Translations under genes and position numbers: made by a program | Notes under the pieces: generated by a model | What the model was told of the DNA's origin: nothing | Database searches by the model: none | Seen by the model: only the letters and a program-made list of their open reading frames with translations | Assembly (NCBI GenBank): GCA_040386535.1 | Contig: JAZKFH010000034.1 | Location: 1-41,882 of the forward strand | Length of the DNA stretch: 41,882 nucleotides | Origin: Myxococcota bacterium | GTDB lineage: Bacteria; Myxococcota_A; UBA796; SXON01 | Direction of reading: 5' to 3' | Shown: piece by piece, positions 37,063-41,882 of the stretch | Layout: each line of letters opens with the position of its first letter | How positions within the stretch are numbered: position 1 is the stretch's first letter

Positions 37063-39434
37063 GCGCCGCTCCTGCTGCGTGCCCGCACTGCGGCACCGTC
37101 GTCGAGACCCCCGGCTTCTGCTGCGCCGGCTGCGAGATGGCCGCCGCGATCATCCACGGCGCCGGGCTCGACGCGTACTACGCGCGTCGCGAGGCGCCGG
37201 CGCCGCGTCCCAGCTCATCGGCGGGCGACGCGGGCACCACCGCCTGGAGCGCGCTCCCCACCGAGCAACACGCCGACGGCACGCGCGGCGTGGCCCTCCA
37301 CGTCGGCGGCCTCACCTGCGCCGCGTGCGCGTGGGTCACCGAGCGCGTCGTGCGCGATCTGCCCGGCGTCACCGAGGCCACCGTGAGCCCGACCACCGGC
37401 CGCGCCCGCGTCACCTGGGACCCCACCCGCACCGATCTGGACGCGATCTGCACCCGCGTCGCCGCCCTCGGCTACCGGCCCCGCGGCGTGGGCGCCGCCG
37501 CCGCCCCCGACCGCGACCTGCTCCTCCGTCTCGGCGTCGCCGCGTTCTCCGCCATGAACGCCATGTTGCTCTCCGCGTCCGTGTACGCCGGGTGGCTCGA
37601 CGGCATGGACGCGCGCGAGGCCGCCCTGATGCGCTGGGCCACGCTGCTGGTGTCCACGCCGGCGGCGATCTGGTGCGCGGCGCCCATCGTCCGCGGCGCC
37701 TGGGAGAGCCTGCGTCGCCGCGTCCTGTCCGTCGATCTGCCCGTCGCCGTCGGCATCGTGGCGATGTACAGCCACGGCGTGTGGGCCACGCTCGCGGGCC
37801 AGGACGGCTGGCTCGACTCGATGACGATGCTCATCGCGCTGCTCCTCGGCGGCCGAGTGCTCGAGCAGGGCGGCCGGCGCCGGGCGGTCGAGGCCGCGCA
37901 GGCCCTGGCCGGCACCGCGCCCCCCCGCGCGCGCCGCCTCGTCGCGACCGGCATCGAGGTCGTCCCCGCGGCGCTGTTGGTGCCCGGCGATCGGCTGATG
38001 ATCGGCCTCGGCGAGCAGGTCGCCGCCGACGGTGACGTGGTCGAGGGTGACGCGCGCGTGCGCATGGCGCTCCTCACCGGCGAGAGCGAGCCCGTGGCGG
38101 TCGGCCCCGGCGACAAGCTCGTCGCCGGCGCGGTGATCGAGTCGGGCAGCGTCACCTTGCACGTACGCGCGGCCGGCGAGGACACCCTCGTCGCGCGCCT
38201 CGCCGCCGAGCTCGCGCTCGCCGCGGACCGCCCCGGCCTCCCCGCCCTCGCCGATCGGCTCGCCCCCGCCTTCACCATCGGCGCGCTCGTCCTCGCGGCC
38301 GCCGGCCTCCTCGGCTGGGGCCTCGCGGGCAGCTGGGCGACCGGCGCCCACGTCGCCATCGCCGTCCTCGTCGTCGCGTGTCCCTGCGCGTTGGCCCTGG
38401 CCGCGCCGCTCGCCACCGCGGTCGGCCTCGGCGCCGCGGCCCGTCGCGGCCTGCTCGTCCGGAGCGGCAGCGCGCTCGCCCGCCTCGCGGACGTTGACCT
38501 GGTGGCCCTCGACAAGACCGGCACCCTCACGCTCGGCGAGCCCACCGTGGTGGGCGGCGACGACGCCGTCGTGCGCATCGCCGCCGGCCTGGCCCGCGCC
38601 AGCACCCACCCCGTCTCGCGCGCCATCGTGGCGGCGGCGGCGGCGCGTGGCATCCCGCTTCCCGACGGCCTCGACGTGCGCGAGATCGGCGGCGAGGGCC
38701 TCGTCGGCACGGTCGACGGCGTGTCCTGGCGCCTGGGCCGCGGCGAGCCGGGCACGGTGCGGCTGTCCAGGGAAGGGGGCGTCGGCTCTGGCGGCATTGC
38801 GGGCATCGCCGCAGGGGGCGTCATCGCGCTCCGCGACGCGCTCCGCCCCGACGCCGCGCGCACCGTGGCGGCGCTTCGGGCCCGCGGCCTGCGCGTGGTG
38901 CTCCTCTCCGGCGACCACGACTCCGTCGCCACTCGCATCGGCCGCGAGGCCGGCGTGGACCAGGTCGTCGCGCCCGCCCGCCCCGAGGAGAAGGTGGCGT
39001 GGCTGCGCGCGCGGGCCGCCGAGGGCCGCACCGTCCTGTTCGTCGGCGACGGCGTGAACGACGGCCCCGCCCTCGCCGCCGCGGCCGTGGGCGTCGCGAT
39101 GGGCGAGGGCGCCGCGTCCTCCGTGCTCGTGGCCGACGCCGTCGTGGTGGGCGAGGGCCTGGCCCCCGTGCTCGCCGGCCTCCGGGTCGCGGGCGGCGTG
39201 ACGCGCGCCGTGCGCGCTGGCGTCGTGCGCGCGGTCGCCTACAACGTGCTCACCGTGGCCGCGGCGCTCGCGGGCCTGGTCAACCCGCTCGTCGCCGCGG
39301 TGCTCATGCCGGTTTCGAGCGCGGTGGCCGTGTGGGGCGCGCGCCGGGTCGAGCGCTCGGCGAACGACGAGGGGGCCTCGGTTGTCACACCCAAATCGGC
39401 ACCGATGCCCGGAGTGGTCGCATGGACGCCCTGA
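37059..39434 (+). CDS. ccoI: P1B-type Cu-transporting ATPase CcoI/FixI
   Basis: CPHC..FCCAGC, HMA CAAC, TGES, CPCAL, DKTGT, GDGVND, YN. Confidence 0.93.
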   Translation: MSAAPAACPHCGTVVETPGFCCAGCEMAAAIIHGAGLDAYYARREAPAPRPSSSAGDAGTTAWSALPTEQHADGTRGVALHVGGLTCAACAWVTERVVRDLPGVTEATVSPTTGRARVTWDPTRTDLDAICTRVAALGYRPRGVGAAAAPDRDLLLRLGVAAFSAMNAMLLSASVYAGWLDGMDAREAALMRWATLLVSTPAAIWCAAPIVRGAWESLRRRVLSVDLPVAVGIVAMYSHGVWATLAGQDGWLDSMTMLIALLLGGRVLEQGGRRRAVEAAQALAGTAPPRARRLVATGIEVVPAALLVPGDRLMIGLGEQVAADGDVVEGDARVRMALLTGESEPVAVGPGDKLVAGAVIESGSVTLHVRAAGEDTLVARLAAELALAADRPGLPALADRLAPAFTIGALVLAAAGLLGWGLAGSWATGAHVAIAVLVVACPCALALAAPLATAVGLGAAARRGLLVRSGSALARLADVDLVALDKTGTLTLGEPTVVGGDDAVVRIAAGLARASTHPVSRAIVAAAAARGIPLPDGLDVREIGGEGLVGTVDGVSWRLGRGEPGTVRLSREGGVGSGGIAGIAAGGVIALRDALRPDAARTVAALRARGLRVVLLSGDHDSVATRIGREAGVDQVVAPARPEEKVAWLRARAAEGRTVLFVGDGVNDGPALAAAAVGVAMGEGAASSVLVADAVVVGEGLAPVLAGLRVAGGVTRAVRAGVVRAVAYNVLTVAAALAGLVNPLVAAVLMPVSSAVAVWGARRVERSANDEGASVVTPKSAPMPGVVAWTP

Positions 39435-39559
39435 TTTGGTTGCTCCCCATCGCCATCGTGCTCGGCGCGGTGTTCGTGGGGCTGTTCCTCGCCGCGGTCC
39501 ACCAGGGCCAGTTCGATGACATGGACGAGGATGCGCGGCGAGCGTTGGAGGAGGATTAG
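39422..39559 (+). CDS. ccoS: cbb3 maturation protein CcoS/FixS
   Basis: 45 aa, MDALIWLLPIAIVL...GQFDDMD. Confidence 0.92.
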   Translation: MDALIWLLPIAIVLGAVFVGLFLAAVHQGQFDDMDEDARRALEED

Positions 39560-39586
39560 GCGGGCGTCGGAGGAGGATCTGGCCCC

Positions 39587-40294
39587 CTACGATCCGCCCG
39601 CGGCCTCGCTCCGCGCGTTCCGCCGCCGTTGCAGCTCCTCAGCCGGCAGCGCCGTGTCTCCGAGCGACCGTGTCAGGCGGTCTGCCAATTCGGGCGACAA
39701 CGCCGCGCCGAGCGGCAAGTCACGTGTGCCGTAGCGGTAGATCGTGCGCTGCGTGCGAGCATCGAATGCTTGGGTGCCAAGCGTCTCGCCCGGCTCCAGG
39801 AACACCTGGCTCGTCGGCACCACGACGCGTACGGGGCCGGCGGCGCCCGCGGCCGTCCACACCGCGACCGTGTGGTTGGAGGTCGGCCAGAACAGCCCCA
39901 CCTCCTTGACGCCCATCGCGCGCGCCAGCGAGGCGAACATCGCCGACAGCTCGTCACACTCCCCGATCGCGGTCACGCCGCTCGCAGTGAGGTCCGGCCC
40001 GCGCCAGCCGAGCAGGCCGGACCAGAGAAATCGCGCCGTGGGCTCCCGATCGGTGATGGCCCACTTCAGGCCCCAGAGCCCGCCGTCCCGCGTGGCCTCG
40101 AACGCGACACGCACCCGGGCGTACTCGCGGAGCGCGTCGGGGGTGTCTGCCAGCGCCAGCCGCGCGGTCAGCCGGTGCCAATCGGCCCGCACGGCCGGTG
40201 CCAACTCGTCCGCGGCGGCCACCGCGACCATCTCCGCGACGAGCTCGCCCACGGTGGCGGGGGCGGCGAGGGCGGTCGACCAGAACAACAACAT
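39587..40294 (-). CDS. Secreted transglutaminase-like (Cys protease fold) hypothetical protein
   Basis: Signal-like MLLFWSTALA; GECDELSAMFASLARAMG followed by NHTVAVW. Confidence 0.6.
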   Translation of the reverse strand: MLLFWSTALAAPATVGELVAEMVAVAAADELAPAVRADWHRLTARLALADTPDALREYARVRVAFEATRDGGLWGLKWAITDREPTARFLWSGLLGWRGPDLTASGVTAIGECDELSAMFASLARAMGVKEVGLFWPTSNHTVAVWTAAGAAGPVRVVVPTSQVFLEPGETLGTQAFDARTQRTIYRYGTRDLPLGAALSPELADRLTRSLGDTALPAEELQRRRNARSEAAGGS

Positions 40295-41107
40295 CCGACG
40301 ATCGACACGGGGGCGCGGGGAAGGTTCCGCCGCTTCCTGCCGGTTCACGCCGGTTGGCCGTCGCCGGGACCGGACGAAGGTCGTCCGCTCGATTCGAGGG
40401 TCCTATCAATGCCTGTGCAGTTCCCTCAGGCGCCCGTGCGGACCAGCAGGCCGTCGCTCCCGTGGTGTCTCGACCCACCGCCCACGCCCCGGCCCGCCGC
40501 GGGGGCCCGACCGCGGCGTCATGTCCCCATGAATGCATGCGGCACGGAGTCATGCCGGGTTGAGTGCTCGGATCCAGGCTGCGAGCGCCCGTCGGATGTC
40601 GAAAAATGGCCGTTGTTCCGTGGTGGCGGCCCTGACTTGAGGGGTATCAACTCGATCAAGCGGCGTTCGTGGTGGCATGACTCCGATTTAGCGGCGTTGA
40701 GGGGGGCATGAGCCCCCCTCGATGCGCTCGTACTCGAGGGCTGCGCCAAGGGAATAGGCATTGTCCGGTCGCCAGCTCCCGTCGCTCGCTCGTCAACGGC
40801 TTGGCGCGGCTCCGGCGCGGACGCCGGAGCCGGGCGCCTTCCAGGGTCGGGCCGGGGGCCCTCCGTCGTCCCGCTGCGGCGGGCCGACCGGCGCGGGCGG
40901 CGGACGGTGGCGCGGTGCTGATCTCCCAAGCGGCCCGCGCCGCCTTCCAGTCGCCCTCGCGTCGAGGGCGTCGGGAGCTGTGGCGGGGAGTCACATACGA
41001 GCTGGAACGCTCGCCCATTCCCAGCGGTCGATTTCGGGCGCCGAATTTCAGAGTGAAGTAGAGTCCCGCGACATCTGGCGCCCAGGCGAAGCATCGGCGA
41101 GGCACTC

Positions 41108-41684
41108 ATGAAAATCGACATCGCGCAGCAGGACCGGAGCTTTTGCCGCCGAGGCCACCCGCCTGCGGGGAGCCCTGAAACCCTTCGAAGCCCACATCGA
41201 ACATATCGGCAGCACCTCCGTGCCGGGCCTGCCCGCCAAGCCGATCATCGACATGCTCGTCGGCCTGCCCAGGGCCGAGGAGCTTGATACAGCAGCCTTG
41301 GCCCTGCTGCCACTGGGCTACATCTACGTTCGTCACTACGAGCGCCACATGCCGCACCGGCGCTACCTCATACGAGTCACGGCCCCGGCCGGCAGCGAGG
41401 TGCCCGCCATCATCGACTCGGAAGTCGACAAGCTCGATCGCGAGCGGTTCCCCCACACGCACCATCTGCACATGGTCGAGCTCGGTTCAGAATTCTGGGA
41501 GAGGCATCTGCTCGTTCGCGACTACCTGCGTGCCCACCAGCCCGAGCGCTCCGCCTACGCCGCGCTGAAGCAGGACCTGGCCAAAAGCGACTGGGACTCG
41601 GGCAGCGAGTATGCCGGCGCCAAGACGGAATTTGTCAAGGCTGTCGAGGCCAGGGCGTTTGCGTGGCGCAGGCGCGGTCGATAG
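41108..41684 (+). pseudogene. GrpB/UPF0157 nucleotidyltransferase-like gene, frameshifted near the 5' end
   Basis: MKIDIAQQDRS from ATG 41108 is out of frame with AFAAEATRL...IEHIGSTSVPGLPAKPIID...HLH...RDYLR...YAALK...YAGAK. Confidence 0.7.
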
Positions 41685-41831
41685 CGGGCTGTCGCCCGTG
41701 CTTCGCAAGGGACGTGAAGGACGTCTCCGGCCACGGAGAGGGTACCTGCTCGTCAGGGGTCGCCTCGGCGGCCGCTTTCGAGCGTGTTCGCGGTCACAAC
41801 TCGGGGGGATGTCGAGGACGTCGGGAGTTAC

Positions 41832-41882
41832 TAATCCGGCAGTCAAATAGTGGACATTTGTCGTCGTGAGCGATACCTGTTT
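41832..41882 (+). mobile_element. Probable IS3-family terminal inverted repeat (element truncated by window end)
   Basis: TAATCCGGCAGTCAAATAGTGGACA...GTGAG matches the recalled IS3 left end (TGATCTTACCCAGCAATAGTGGACA...GTGAG) at the same offsets; no transposase in the window. Confidence 0.6.

Noticed and set aside
40400..41100. Protein-coding genes, including a small Cys-containing ORF at about 40529-40711
   Set aside because: No recognisable motifs, RBS or codon bias; cannot be supported without a search.

Overview
A very GC-rich bacterial window, probably Myxococcota-like (inferred from an AgmX/PglI-type domain, a GltD/AgmU-like TPR protein, a DT-repeat lipoprotein and a globin-coupled kinase). 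Left to right: small hypothetical ORFs and a 52-bp palindromic tandem repeat; a candidate biosynthetic cluster (acetoacetate-decarboxylase-like protein, Rieske oxygenase, GH3 acyl-amido synthetase, membrane desaturase, alpha/beta hydrolase, GNAT-like protein) with a 51-bp palindromic repeat inside it; a thioester alpha-2-macroglobulin lipoprotein with a TonB-C/AgmX-like domain in its bait region; lysAC; a YD-repeat lipoprotein; a UvrD helicase; an inositol monophosphatase; asnS; a GFA protein; a large TPR protein. Then comes a low-oxygen module: CoA transferase, sigma-54 response regulator, globin-PAS histidine kinase, TauE/DsbD_2 protein and ccoNOQPGIS. Three sigma-54 promoters and a shared tandem TGTG-N8-CACA motif are readable in its intergenic DNA. 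The right end holds a transglutaminase-like gene, a 5'-frameshifted GrpB gene and a probable IS3-family end. All calls come from reading motifs by eye; no database searches were run.
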